Source: Kangiella sp. HD9-110m-PIT-SAG07
Lineage (GTDB): Bacteria; Pseudomonadota; Gammaproteobacteria; Enterobacterales; Kangiellaceae
Assembly: GCA_003370465.1 (NCBI GenBank)
Contig: QQTG01000031.1
Location: 52,551 to 116,550, forward strand
Direction: 5' to 3'
Length of the DNA stretch: 64,000 bases
Below the pieces are notes generated by a model that searched no databases, was not told the DNA's origin, and saw nothing but the letters and a program-made list of their open reading frames with translations. Both the position numbers and the translations under genes were made by a program. Every line of letters begins with the position of its first letter. Positions within the stretch are counted from its first letter, which is position 1. This document shows positions 10,868 through 21,150 of the stretch, in pieces.

Positions 10868-10897
10868 TTGACCTACCTGGTCAGACCTTGCTATTTT
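10868..10897 (+). promoter_or_regulatory. Putative sigma70 promoter with FadR-like operator ACCTGGTCAGACCTTGC (10875-10891) in the spacer
   Basis: TTGACC-N18-TATTTT; the motif recurs at 19908, 36162 and 39966. Confidence 0.45.
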
Positions 10898-11055
10898 GAA
10901 TGAACAACAATTTAACTACCCAATTGGTGATTTTAAGGACTCGTTGACATTAAATTCATCAAAAAATCACTAATCTCTATACATCAGCCCATTCATATTG
11001 ATGTATTCACTCATCATAATTTATGTCTCTAATCCTCAGAGATCAGGAGCAATTA

Positions 11056-12102
11056 ATGAAAACAGCAGCATACGCAGCAGAATCAGCAACCGCAGACCTA
11101 ACGCCACTCGACATCGAGCGTCGCGAGGTTAAAGCTGATGATGTACAGATTGATATTGAATATTGTGGTGTTTGCCACAGCGATATCCATACCGCCCACA
11201 ATGATTGGGGCGGCACCGTTTATCCAGTTGTACCAGGCCATGAAATCGTTGGGCGCGTCACAAAAGTCGGCTCAAACGTTTCTAACTTTAAAGAAGGACA
11301 ACTCGTCGGCGTCGGCTGTATGGTCGATTCTTGCCAGTCGTGCAGTGCTTGCGACGATGATCTAGAACAATACTGTGAAAATGGCGTCATCATGACTTAC
11401 GGCAGTGATGACCCGATTTCTGGCGGTCGCACTCACGGCGGTTATTCCAATGACATTGTGGTTGATCAAAAATTTGTTTTAAACGTTTCTGAAAAACTCG
11501 ATACCAAAGCCGTAGCGCCACTGTTATGCGCGGGTATCACCACTTACTCTCCTCTTCGGCAGTGGAACGTCAAAAAAGGCGACAAAGTTGGCGTTGTCGG
11601 TTTAGGTGGACTGGGCCACATGGGCGTAAAGCTTGCAAGTGCCATGGGCGCTGAGGTGGTTATGATTACAACGTCACCAGAAAAAGGGTCCGATGCGAAG
11701 CGCCTTGGTGCTAGTGAAGTTCTAGTCTCTAAAGACGAAGACGCAATGAAGCAACAAATGGGCACCTTTGACTTCATTCTTAATACGGTTCCGGTATCAC
11801 ACGATTTAAACCCATACGTCGGACTATTAAAGCGTGATGCAACCATGGTTCTCGTGGGTGCTCTTAACCCGCTACCAGACTTGCATGGCGGTGGTTTAAT
11901 TTTAGGGCGTAAACGTATCGCTGGTTCGTTAATTGGTGGTATCGCAGAAACCCAAGAAATGCTCGACTTTTGTGCGGAACACGACATTGTGTCTGATGTC
12001 GAAATGATCGACATGCAAGACATTAATACGGCTTATAAGCGCGTCATGGACTCAGACGTGAAGTACCGTTTTGTTATTGATATGAAGTCCCTACAAGCTT
12101 AA
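11056..12102 (+). CDS. Zn-dependent NAD(P) alcohol dehydrogenase (cinnamyl-ADH/YahK type)
   Basis: CGVCHSD, GHEIVG, structural-Zn Cys cluster, GLGGLG; AGGAG RBS. Confidence 0.93.
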   Translation: MKTAAYAAESATADLTPLDIERREVKADDVQIDIEYCGVCHSDIHTAHNDWGGTVYPVVPGHEIVGRVTKVGSNVSNFKEGQLVGVGCMVDSCQSCSACDDDLEQYCENGVIMTYGSDDPISGGRTHGGYSNDIVVDQKFVLNVSEKLDTKAVAPLLCAGITTYSPLRQWNVKKGDKVGVVGLGGLGHMGVKLASAMGAEVVMITTSPEKGSDAKRLGASEVLVSKDEDAMKQQMGTFDFILNTVPVSHDLNPYVGLLKRDATMVLVGALNPLPDLHGGGLILGRKRIAGSLIGGIAETQEMLDFCAEHDIVSDVEMIDMQDINTAYKRVMDSDVKYRFVIDMKSLQA

Positions 12103-12114
12103 GGAGAACACATT

Positions 12115-12543
12115 ATGAAACAACCTAATGAAATAGCCTACAAAACAAAAGCGACAGCCACAGGCGGTCGCGTTGGTACCGCAAAGTCGGAAGACGGTAA
12201 GTTAGAAGTGAATTTATCAACACCAAAAGAACTCGGCGGTAACGGTGGCGATGGAACGAATCCTGAACAAATGTTTGCCGCGGGTTACTCAGCCTGCTTT
12301 ATCGGAGCGATGCAACACGTTGCATCTCAGGGCAAGATAGATTTACCTGAAGATACTTCCGTTACAGGCGAGGTTGGTATCGGTCCAACTGATGGTGGAT
12401 TTGCCATCGACGTCGAACTTCAAGTCTCTATACCTGGTATGGATAAAGCTGACGCAGAAAGCTTAGTCGATAAAGCGCACCAAGTCTGCCCTTACTCAAA
12501 CGCCACTCGTGGTGGTGTGGATGTGAGACTAAAGGTCGTTTAG
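12115..12543 (+). CDS. ohr: Organic hydroperoxide resistance protein
   Basis: [15 protein letters not shown] and VCPYS. Confidence 0.95.
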   Translation: MKQPNEIAYKTKATATGGRVGTAKSEDGKLEVNLSTPKELGGNGGDGTNPEQMFAAGYSACFIGAMQHVASQGKIDLPEDTSVTGEVGIGPTDGGFAIDVELQVSIPGMDKADAESLVDKAHQVCPYSNATRGGVDVRLKVV

Positions 12544-12568
12544 TAAATAATTCGTACAGCTGAGATAC

Positions 12569-12596
12569 AAAAGCACGGCAAATGCCGTGTTTTTTT
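12569..12596 (+). terminator. Intrinsic terminator after ohr
   Basis: GCACGGCA-AA-TGCCGTGT plus T-run. Confidence 0.8.
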
Positions 12597-12633
12597 CTTA
12601 TTGATTAATGCTATTTTACTGACAACAGCTCGG

Positions 12634-13350
12634 CTAATCTTCACTAGGATTTTTGAAACCAAATCGCTCTCCCTCTTCCCAAGCTTTACGGTCATTTCCT
12701 TCATTCGAAATCCCTCCTGACTCTTTAAACATCTGAGCCAAGTGCATACAGTTCCACGTCATAATGGTCGTATTCCGTTGAGTAAAGTCATTATCAAAAC
12801 CAACACGCTCGCCCTCTTCTTTTTTGTCACCGTATGAGGGACCTGGGCCAGCTTCGCCAATCCAGCCACAATCCGCTTGTGGTGGTGTTGTATATCCTAA
12901 ATGATTTAGAGCATAGCCGATGCTCATGGCAGTGTGTTTTATGCCGTCTTCGTTGCCCGTAATAACACAACCGCCTACCTTGCCATAGTAAATCGATTGC
13001 CCCTTCTCATTTAGCAGACCAGACATCGCATACAAACGCTCGATGAGTATTCGGCATATAGAACTTTCTTCTCCAAGCCAAAGAGGAGTTCCTACGATAA
13101 GTATATTAGCATCTTTAACTTTTTCCCAAATTTCAGGCCACTCATCACGCTCCCAACCATGCTCTGTCATATCAGGATATACACCCGGAGGAACGTTATG
13201 CTCAGCAAGGTGAAGATGCTCCACCAAAACACCCTTACTTTTCATGATTTCAGCAGAAGCACTAAGCAGTAATCGAGTGTGACTATCGTCTGCATTTTTC
13301 TTCAATGACGTATTGATAAACAGCGCTTTAAGACCTGAAAACTTTGCCAT
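12634..13350 (-). CDS. Flavodoxin family / NADPH-dependent FMN reductase-like protein
   Basis: INTSLK, GTPLWLG, ITGNEDG, GEAGPGPSY; AGGAG RBS before ATG at 13350. Confidence 0.85.
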   Translation of the reverse strand: MAKFSGLKALFINTSLKKNADDSHTRLLLSASAEIMKSKGVLVEHLHLAEHNVPPGVYPDMTEHGWERDEWPEIWEKVKDANILIVGTPLWLGEESSICRILIERLYAMSGLLNEKGQSIYYGKVGGCVITGNEDGIKHTAMSIGYALNHLGYTTPPQADCGWIGEAGPGPSYGDKKEEGERVGFDNDFTQRNTTIMTWNCMHLAQMFKESGGISNEGNDRKAWEEGERFGFKNPSED

Positions 13351-13533
13351 GTGCAATCTCCTTGAAAATCTAATTGGGACAAGTAAAACTCTTAAATCAG
13401 TCACTTTCGGAAGGACTACATATCGTGAGCTTTAACTAGAGTAATCTAAATAGATATAAATAGAAAACAAGAGAGCAGATAAGGCTACTTTGCTAGCGTC
13501 GTGAGAACACATCAACTTTACACAGGCACAACG

Positions 13534-13815
13534 AAAAAAGGCTTCCAATTTCTTGGAAGCCTTTTCGAATAATGCCGCGGTGTGACCGTCACGGATGGCA
13601 GGAAGCCCAGAATTGCACGACTATAGGGATGTAGGAGTTAGAGCAATGCAGGAGCAATTGCCGAAGGAGCAAATTCTGGCGAAGGATTACTGCTTCACTT
13701 CGCTCCTTGCCCTGCGGGTAATCGCCAGCGATGCCTCAGATATACAAAGCACTCGGTGCTTTGTCGAACTCCACCTGTGACCGTAGGAAATGCCTACGGT
13801 GCATTCGTAGGCTCT
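13534..13815 (-). repeat. RtT/TRIP-like tRNA-3'-end repeat with terminator and nested palindromic insertions
   Basis: Terminator 13534-13565 plus GAATAATG and a degenerate tRNA 3' end mimic 13839-13882; T-arm GAAGGATT (13681) and CGAAC (13765) are split by 76 nt. Confidence 0.65.
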
Positions 13816-13871
13816 TGAGCAAACTTTTACGTAGACAATAAAAAACCCCGCCGTAGCGAGGTTTTGAATAA

Positions 13872-13948
13872 TGGCGCGCGTGGAAGGATTCGAACCTCCG
13901 ACCGCCTGGTTCGTAGCCAGGTACTCTATCCAACTGAGCTACACGCGC
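13872..13948 (-). tRNA. tRNA-Arg (ACG)
   Basis: 77-nt cloverleaf, anticodon ACG, GGTTCGAATCC, encoded CCA. Confidence 0.98.
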
Positions 13949-14103
13949 GATGTGGGGCGTATTATGCCACCCGTTTTTTAGAAGTCAACGAACTTTTTAA
14001 ATAATTTCTTAAAAGCTTTTGTCTTCTTTTCGAAACGTTAAAAGCGTTTAAAAATCAATCACTTTTAAGTTTCTCCGTCATTACTTACTACTAAAGTAAA
14101 TAA

Positions 14104-14194
14104 TGGCGGTGAGGGAGGGATTCGAACCCTCGATACCGGATTAGGGTATACTCCCTTAGCAGGGGAGCGCCTTCAGCCGCTCGGCCACCTCACC
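14104..14194 (-). tRNA. tRNA-Ser (GCT)
   Basis: 91 nt, long variable arm, anticodon GCT, encoded CCA. Confidence 0.98.
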
Positions 14195-14257
14195 GTTGAC
14201 GCGGACGGAATGTTACCTTATTCAGGATAAAATGCAACACTCCAATCCAACTTTTTT

Positions 14258-14485
14258 TTAATAATTATAGTCGTCGTCTGAATTATTACCTGGTTGATTT
14301 GGTTGGTAATTCTCCATTTGCTTCTCATGCTGGATACGCAAATAGATTTCTTCACGGTGAACAGCGACTTCTTTCGGTGCATTGATACCAATTCGAACCT
14401 GGTTTCCCTTAACACCTAATACAGTTACGGTGATCTCATCACCAATCATCAGCGTTTCGCCGACACGTCTTGTCAAAATTAACAT
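14258..14485 (-). CDS. csrA: Carbon storage regulator
   Basis: [15 protein letters not shown]...VHREEIY. Confidence 0.98.
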   Translation of the reverse strand: MLILTRRVGETLMIGDEITVTVLGVKGNQVRIGINAPKEVAVHREEIYLRIQHEKQMENYQPNQPGNNSDDDYNY

Positions 14486-14716
14486 TCCAATCTCCTCTAT
14501 CCTAGAGAGCTTATATGGCTAAATCCAAGCCGCTCTCAACTATCTACAAAACTACAAAAATCGAATATCTAATGTAAAGAAAGCCGACACTAACGCCGGA
14601 AGTCGCGAATTCTATCAATAAAACGGCTTCAAGACTATACTTTTGCGAGTCCGGTCACAAAAATACTTTCTGTTACAAGAATACCCTGTTCAAATTCAAA
14701 TGTATATCGAGCTTTC

Positions 14717-17356
14717 TTAAGAAAGTTTCTCTAATATCCAAGGCTTTACCGAGTCGAGTGCAGCTGGAAGTGCCGCAGCATCTTTACCACCCGCCTGAGC
14801 CATATCTGGGCGCCCGCCGCCCTTTCCACCGACCTGCTCCGCAACCATTTTGATAAGGTCACCAGCTTTAACTTTCGATGTTAGATCTTTGCTCACTCCT
14901 GCGATTAAACTGACTTTATCTTCAGCAGCAATACCTAACACAACGATGCTTGAACCCAGTTTGTTCTTTAGCTGATCCTGCATATCACGCAGTGCTTTTG
15001 GTTCTACACCTTCAAGCTTCGAGACTAATAACTTCACACCATTAATGTCTTCAGCGTTTGATGCCAAGTCACTGCCTTGGCTTGACGCTAATTTACTTTG
15101 AAGTTGCTGGATTTGCTTTTCTAACTGTTTGGATTTATCGATTAACTGCTCTACTTTTTCAACAGACTGCGCAGGATCGCTTTTAAGTAACTTTCCGAGA
15201 TGATGCAACTTACCTTCCGATTGCTGCATCCAACTCACAGCACGCTCGCCTGTCACCGCTTCAATACGGCGAACTCCAGCAGCAATACCCGTTTCAGAAA
15301 CAATCTTGAAAGGACCAATATCACCCGTACGTTTGACGTGAGTACCACCACAAAGTTCGACTGAAAACGGTGACATGGTAAGAACACGAACTTCATCACC
15401 ATACTTCTCACCAAACAGCGCCATTGCGCCGTGCTCTTTTGCGTCATCCATCGACATTACCGCTGATTCGACAGGATGGTTCTCGAAAATCTTTTCGTTA
15501 ACCATGCGCTCTACAGTTGCCAGTTCTTCACGAGAAACTGCTTCAGGGTTAGAGAAGTCAAAACGTAAACGTTCAGGATCATTCAAAGAACCCTTTTGTT
15601 GGACGTGAGTTCCTAGTACGTCACGTAAAGCCGCATGTAACAGGTGTGTTGCTGAGTGGTTGCGCATCGTACTTTGTCGCAAACCACCATCGACGTCAGC
15701 TTTAAGCTCGACATCAGTAGTCACTTCACCCTTATCGACATAACCAATATGGGCAATCGCGTCGCCGATATTTTGTGTATCTTCGACAACAAAGTTCACA
15801 CCGTTACCAAACAAAGAACCTTTATCGCCTACCTGACCACCTGACTCTGCATAAAAAGGTGTTTTCTCAAGAATGACAATACCTTTATCACCCTCTTTTA
15901 AACCATCAACAGGCTCGCTATCTTTTAATAACTTAACGACTTGAACCTGCTGGCTTAAATAATCATAACCTGTGAATTCAGACTTTTCTTCGAGGGATAA
16001 AGAGTCGTTGTAATCAACCCCGAAGTTGCTTGAGGCACGAGCACGTTCACGCTGTTCTTCCATCGCCTTCCCAAAACCATCCCAGTCAATCTCTAAACCT
16101 TTTTCGCGAGCGATATCAGCAGTTAAATCTTGAGGGAAGCCATAAGTGTCGTAAAGTTTAAACACGGTTTCGCCTGATATTGTTTTATCACTAAGCTCAG
16201 CAATATCCGTATCTAAAATCTGCATACCTTTATCTAGAGTCTTGGCAAAAGCGTCTTCTTCTTTTGCTAAGACGCCTTCAATAATCGACTGTTGCTCTTT
16301 TAACGCGGGATAAGCTTCACCCATGATATCGACCAAGGCTTGTACCAATTTAGAGAAGAAGTTACCTTTCGCGCCAAGCTGGTGACCATGACGAATAGCG
16401 CGTCGAGTAATACGGCGCAACACATAACCACGTCCTTCATTGCTCGGCACAATGCCGTCTAAAATTAGGAAACAGCAAGAACGAATATGATCGGCGATAA
16501 CTCGTAACGACTTATTATCTAAATCTTTTACTTTTAATAATTCAGCCGTTTGCTTGATCAAATACTGGAAGGTGTCGATTTCATAGTTGCTATGAACGCC
16601 CTGTAAAATCGCTGAAATACGCTCCAAACCCATGCCTGTGTCCACAGATGGCTTAGGCAATGACTCCATAGTGCCGTCTTTTTGACGGTTGTACTGCATG
16701 AAGACCAGGTTCCAGATCTCAATAAAGCGATCACCATCTTCTTCAGGCGTTCCCGGAGGTCCACCCCAGATATGGTCACCATGATCGTAAAAGACTTCTG
16801 AACAAGGTCCGCACGGGCCCGTATCGCCCATCGCCCAGAAGTTATCTGAAGCATAACGCTCGCCCTTATTGTCCCCTATTCGACTAATACGCTCTTCTGG
16901 GAAACCAATATCTTTCGCCCAAATATCGTAAGCCTCGTCGTCTTCAGCATAAACCGTTACCCAAAGCTTTTCTTTTGGCAAATTAAAGACTTCCGTCAAT
17001 AACTCCCAGCAGTAATGTATCGCTTCTTTTTTGAAGTAATCACCAAAGCTGAAGTTACCTAACATTTCGAAAAACGTATGGTGTCGCGCTGTGTATCCAA
17101 CGTTTTCTAAATCATTGTGCTTACCACCCGCACGCACACAACGCTGCGAACTAGTTGCCCGCGTATAAGAACGCTTATCAGTGCCAAGGAAGCAATCTTT
17201 AAAAGGGACCATTCCGGCGTTGGTGAATAATAAAGTCGGATCATTGGCTGGAATTAGAGGAGCGCTATCCACCTGTTTGTGACCATTCTTTTCGAAGAAT
17301 TCTAAAAAGGCTTTACGTATATCATTCGTCGTCATTGTCTTAGCTGTCGTACTCAC
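14717..17356 (-). CDS. alaS: Alanine--tRNA ligase
   Basis: [48 protein letters not shown]. Confidence 0.98.
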   Translation of the reverse strand: MSTTAKTMTTNDIRKAFLEFFEKNGHKQVDSAPLIPANDPTLLFTNAGMVPFKDCFLGTDKRSYTRATSSQRCVRAGGKHNDLENVGYTARHHTFFEMLGNFSFGDYFKKEAIHYCWELLTEVFNLPKEKLWVTVYAEDDEAYDIWAKDIGFPEERISRIGDNKGERYASDNFWAMGDTGPCGPCSEVFYDHGDHIWGGPPGTPEEDGDRFIEIWNLVFMQYNRQKDGTMESLPKPSVDTGMGLERISAILQGVHSNYEIDTFQYLIKQTAELLKVKDLDNKSLRVIADHIRSCCFLILDGIVPSNEGRGYVLRRITRRAIRHGHQLGAKGNFFSKLVQALVDIMGEAYPALKEQQSIIEGVLAKEEDAFAKTLDKGMQILDTDIAELSDKTISGETVFKLYDTYGFPQDLTADIAREKGLEIDWDGFGKAMEEQRERARASSNFGVDYNDSLSLEEKSEFTGYDYLSQQVQVVKLLKDSEPVDGLKEGDKGIVILEKTPFYAESGGQVGDKGSLFGNGVNFVVEDTQNIGDAIAHIGYVDKGEVTTDVELKADVDGGLRQSTMRNHSATHLLHAALRDVLGTHVQQKGSLNDPERLRFDFSNPEAVSREELATVERMVNEKIFENHPVESAVMSMDDAKEHGAMALFGEKYGDEVRVLTMSPFSVELCGGTHVKRTGDIGPFKIVSETGIAAGVRRIEAVTGERAVSWMQQSEGKLHHLGKLLKSDPAQSVEKVEQLIDKSKQLEKQIQQLQSKLASSQGSDLASNAEDINGVKLLVSKLEGVEPKALRDMQDQLKNKLGSSIVVLGIAAEDKVSLIAGVSKDLTSKVKAGDLIKMVAEQVGGKGGGRPDMAQAGGKDAAALPAALDSVKPWILEKLS

Positions 17357-17417
17357 TTTAAATTAACCTTTTGCTTTACTATTCACGTTTAAATTATTGT
17401 TTAGTAAGAACTTTGAA

Positions 17418-17915
17418 TTAAAATAATCCAAAGTCATCATCTCCTGAACCATTCTCTGAAACAGGGCCAGAAGATAGTGCATATTTGATCATATCGAAAT
17501 CGAAGCCACGATACTGCAAAAACCGAGTTTGCTTAGCTCGTAATTTCATGTCAGATCTAGGTGCTTGATTGTATTTTTTCCGCCACGCCATAACAGCAAC
17601 TTTGTACCAATCAATACCCATAGACTCAAAATGGAGGCTTATTGCTGAATCTTCAATGCCCTTTTGGCGTAATTCCTGACGAACTCGCAAAGGTCCATAG
17701 CCATTTTGGGAACGCTGGCGAATAAAACTTAGTGCAAAACGTTCATCGCTTTGCAGCCCTCTCTCAGCTAAACGGTCGAGGTAGGCCTCGACATCTTCAC
17801 CTTCAAACTCACGAAGTTTCAGTTTATCAATAAGCTCACGCCGGGAATGTTCCCGGCGTGCTAATAAATCCATCGCGATGACTTTATAGTCGCGTGGTGG
17901 CTTTTTAAAGCCCAT
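17418..17915 (-). CDS. recX: Regulatory protein RecX
   Basis: LLARREHS, QSDERF, RFLQYRGF; downstream of recA. Confidence 0.93.
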   Translation of the reverse strand: MGFKKPPRDYKVIAMDLLARREHSRRELIDKLKLREFEGEDVEAYLDRLAERGLQSDERFALSFIRQRSQNGYGPLRVRQELRQKGIEDSAISLHFESMGIDWYKVAVMAWRKKYNQAPRSDMKLRAKQTRFLQYRGFDFDMIKYALSSGPVSENGSGDDDFGLF

Positions 17916-17959
17916 AAACTAATCCGCTAACTGAGGATTAAACGAGGACCAAACAAGAA

Positions 17960-18988
17960 TTAAACCTCTTCAGGCGCTTCTTCTTCATCCGCAGGCTTAG
18001 AAGTCACAAGCAATTTATCGCGTAAGGTTCCTTCAATTTCCTTCTTAATTTCAGGATTATCTTTAAGGAACTGGATAACGTTTTGCTTACCCTGACCAAT
18101 CTTGTTGCCCTGATAAGAATACCAAGCACCAGACTTCTCGACCAACTCTTGCTTCACGCCCCAATCCAGTATCTCGCCTTCTAGCGAAGTACCTTCGCCA
18201 TACAAGATTTGGAATTCCGCTTGTTTAAACGGTGGCGCAACTTTGTTCTTAATCACTTTAACCCGAGTTTCGTTACCGATAATCTCGTCGCCCTGCTTGA
18301 TTTGGCCAATTCGACGGATATCTAAACGAACCGAAGCGTAGAACTTCAATGCGTTACCACCCGTTGTGGTTTCTGGCGAACCGAACATCACACCGATCTT
18401 CATACGAATTTGGTTAATGAAGATACACAGCGTGTTAGAACGCTTGATGTTTGCTGTTAACTTACGCAAAGCTTGTGACATTAAACGCGCTTGAAGACCC
18501 ATGTGCGAATCGCCCATTTCGCCTTCAATTTCCGCTTTTGGCGTCAAAGCAGCAACCGAATCCACCACTAGGATATCAACCGCACCAGAGCGTACCAACA
18601 TATCTGTGATTTCTAGCGCTTGCTCACCAGTATCCGGCTGAGACACAATCAAGTCGTCAAGATTAACGCCTAGCTTTTCAGCATAAACTGGATCTAACGC
18701 ATGCTCCGCATCGACAAACGCGGCCGTACCGCCTTCAGCCTGACAGCTTGCGATAGCCTGTAATGCTAAGGTTGTTTTACCCGATGATTCAGGACCATAG
18801 ATTTCAGCAACACGGCCTTTTGGTAAACCACCTATGCCTAACGCGATGTCTAGGCCTAGAGAACCTGTCGAAATCGCCCCAACTTTGGCGACTGAACCAT
18901 CACCAAGGCGCATAATAGAGCCTTTACCGAATTGACGTTCAATTTGACCTAAAGCAGCGCCGAGCGCCTTCTTTTTGTTGTCATCCAT
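17960..18988 (-). CDS. recA: Recombinase A
   Basis: [29 protein letters not shown]. Confidence 0.99.
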   Translation of the reverse strand: MDDNKKKALGAALGQIERQFGKGSIMRLGDGSVAKVGAISTGSLGLDIALGIGGLPKGRVAEIYGPESSGKTTLALQAIASCQAEGGTAAFVDAEHALDPVYAEKLGVNLDDLIVSQPDTGEQALEITDMLVRSGAVDILVVDSVAALTPKAEIEGEMGDSHMGLQARLMSQALRKLTANIKRSNTLCIFINQIRMKIGVMFGSPETTTGGNALKFYASVRLDIRRIGQIKQGDEIIGNETRVKVIKNKVAPPFKQAEFQILYGEGTSLEGEILDWGVKQELVEKSGAWYSYQGNKIGQGKQNVIQFLKDNPEIKKEIEGTLRDKLLVTSKPADEEEAPEEV

Positions 18989-19177
18989 CAAAATTACCTA
19001 CTGACTGTAATGTTATAAGAATTAAGAAAATTAGACCGATTATTCCACAAAAAGTCCCGAAAAGTAACCTGTGATTTCTTGATCAAAGTTAGGAAATTCA
19101 CCCTAATAGCGGTAAGCTATTGATGATTGGTCATAACTGTCGATTATTTGTACAGGCAGCTCTCTTAAAGCGCGACT

Positions 19178-19780
19178 TTAAGCCAAACTTTCTACAAAAT
19201 CACGGATACCATTAAGTAGCATTTGAGTCGCTAAAATAATCAAGATCATGCCCATCAGACGCTCTAAAGCTCGGGCACCCTTCTTGCCAATTAAGGCCAT
19301 GACCTTTGGTGATGATACTAAGATCACGGTGCTCACTAACCAAGACAAGAATAAAGCCATGCTCCACTCAGCAATCTGTCCAGGCTGGTTTGAGCTCAGT
19401 AACAGTAAAACAGCGATAGTTGAGGGACCTGCAATCATTGGCATCGCCAGTGGCACAATAAAAGGTTCTTCTTCCTCAATTTCATCGCCCGGCTCACGTC
19501 TGCCCGGAAAAATCATACGCAGTGAAATGATAAACAGCAAAATACCGCCAGCGATATTGAGCGAAGACTGAGTTAAACCAAGGAAAGCTAGAATGGCGTT
19601 GCCCGCAAATAGAAAACCAAACAGAATACCCAAGGCAATCAGTAGTTCTCGCGCCATGACCTTGATTCGCCTTTTGGGCTCGACGTTAGACAGCACCGCA
19701 TTAAACACCGGCACATTGCCCAATGGATCCATAATCAAAAACAGTGTTACCGCCGCCGTTGCTATATCCCCCCAATTCAT
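19178..19780 (-). CDS. MarC family membrane protein (YhgN-like)
   Basis: LFLIMDPLGNVP, VPLAMPMIAGP, ERLMG. Confidence 0.92.
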   Translation of the reverse strand: MNWGDIATAAVTLFLIMDPLGNVPVFNAVLSNVEPKRRIKVMARELLIALGILFGFLFAGNAILAFLGLTQSSLNIAGGILLFIISLRMIFPGRREPGDEIEEEEPFIVPLAMPMIAGPSTIAVLLLLSSNQPGQIAEWSMALFLSWLVSTVILVSSPKVMALIGKKGARALERLMGMILIILATQMLLNGIRDFVESLA

Positions 19781-19878
19781 AAGCTCCCCAATTACTATTT
19801 CAATGCTTGATTACCTCAATCAACCCATAGTAGTTTTAAAACATCGGTGCAGCAAGGCTTTGATTCTTAATGAAACAA

Positions 19879-19924
19879 TTTACAAATGAAACGATACACG
19901 CTAATAATAGAGGTCTGATCACTT
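19879..19924 (+). promoter_or_regulatory. Putative alkB promoter with FadR-like operator TAGAGGTCTGATCACTT (19908-19924)
   Basis: TTTACA-N17-TAATAA followed directly by the dyad. Confidence 0.5.
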
Positions 19925-19938
19925 AACCTAGAAGAAAC

Positions 19939-21042
19939 ATGAGCGAAACCAACGTTATTAGTAGGCCGCCAATAAATTTTACCTTAAAAAAATACGCCTA
20001 TGGCTTGTTTCTTATTTCTGGTGTAATCCCCTTCGTCGCTTTTGGTTTAGCCAAATCTCAGCTGTTATCGGTGGATATCGCTCCTTATATCATCCTAATG
20101 ACGTTCTTTGGCCTGATTCCGCTACTCGATGCCCTGCTGGGCCGCGATAACCTCAATGCTCCTCAGGAGCTGACAAAAGATATTTCCAACCAATTCTTTT
20201 ACAAGGCGCTGACGCTACTAACAGTTCCAGTCATGTTTGCAGTGCTGATTTTAGGCTTATTCCAATTTTCGAATCCTTCATTGAACTCGACGGGGCAAAT
20301 CGGATGGTTAGTCGGAATTGGCGTGGTTAGCGGTGTTTTAGCGATTAATGTTGCCCATGAATTGATTCACAAAGACAGTAAGCTTGAGCGTTTTTGTGGC
20401 GGGTTACTACTAAGCTTAGTCTGCTATGGCGGCTTTAAAGTCGAGCATGTGCGCGGGCACCATGTCAACGTTTCCACTCCTGAAGATCCCTCTTCCGCTG
20501 ACTACAACCAGACCTTGTATCACTTTTTACCAAGAGCTATCTGGCACAACATTACCAATGCTTGGAAACTTGAAGCGACTCGCCTCAAGCGTAAAGGCAA
20601 ATCTGTCTGGAGCCTGGATAACGAGTTATTCACCTGGTATGGACTGAGCACCTTGTGGGCAGTTCTATCATTTATCGCTTTTGGCTGGTTAGGTTTAGCA
20701 TTCTTCTTAGGCCAAAGCATCGTTGCCTTTGTTCTGCTAGAAATTATTAATTACGTCGAGCACTATGGTCTACGCCGAAAGAAACGTGACAATGGCAAAT
20801 ATGAATACGTCACACACCACCACTCTTGGAACTCTAACTTTTTCCTAACCAATATTCTATTGATTCACTTGCAGCGTCACTCGGATCATCATGCTTTCCC
20901 TAAACGTCGCTACCAAGTCTTGCGTCATCATGAGGATAGCCCGCAATTACCTGCAGGCTACGCAACCATGGTGTTATTAGCGCTCGTTCCACCATTATGG
21001 AAAAAGGTCATGAACCCAATTATTGATAAGTACTATAAGTAA
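19939..21042 (+). CDS. alkB: Alkane 1-monooxygenase (membrane di-iron hydroxylase)
   Basis: HELIH, EHVRGHH, NYVEHYG and LQRHSDHHA histidine boxes. Confidence 0.92.
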   Translation: MSETNVISRPPINFTLKKYAYGLFLISGVIPFVAFGLAKSQLLSVDIAPYIILMTFFGLIPLLDALLGRDNLNAPQELTKDISNQFFYKALTLLTVPVMFAVLILGLFQFSNPSLNSTGQIGWLVGIGVVSGVLAINVAHELIHKDSKLERFCGGLLLSLVCYGGFKVEHVRGHHVNVSTPEDPSSADYNQTLYHFLPRAIWHNITNAWKLEATRLKRKGKSVWSLDNELFTWYGLSTLWAVLSFIAFGWLGLAFFLGQSIVAFVLLEIINYVEHYGLRRKKRDNGKYEYVTHHHSWNSNFFLTNILLIHLQRHSDHHAFPKRRYQVLRHHEDSPQLPAGYATMVLLALVPPLWKKVMNPIIDKYYK

Positions 21043-21091
21043 GCACTTTAAATACAAATACTAAAAATAAATACGGTGTACTTACGGGCTT

Positions 21092-21141
21092 GTCATCCCA
21101 AATTGTGACCAGCGGGAATACCTTTAGGTAATCTGGGATCT
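21092..21141. repeat. Variant REP-like palindrome with an insertion in its loop
   Basis: GTCATCCCAAATT...AATCTGGGATCT arms; between convergent genes. Confidence 0.6.
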
Positions 21142-21150
21142 TTGTAAGGC

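Noticed and set aside
13534-13871. attL/attR of an integrated element at tRNA-Arg
   Set aside because: The duplicated end is degenerate, only about 300 bp away and has no integrase; an RtT-like repeat fits better
13595-13933. Short ORFs 13595-13780 and 13736-13933, and similarly 46312-46506 and 46574-46783
   Set aside because: They overlap tRNAs or repeats and lack an RBS and protein-like features
19137-19155. LexA box upstream of recA (CTGT...ACAG)
   Set aside because: Spacer is 11 nt, not the canonical 8; I found no canonical SOS box
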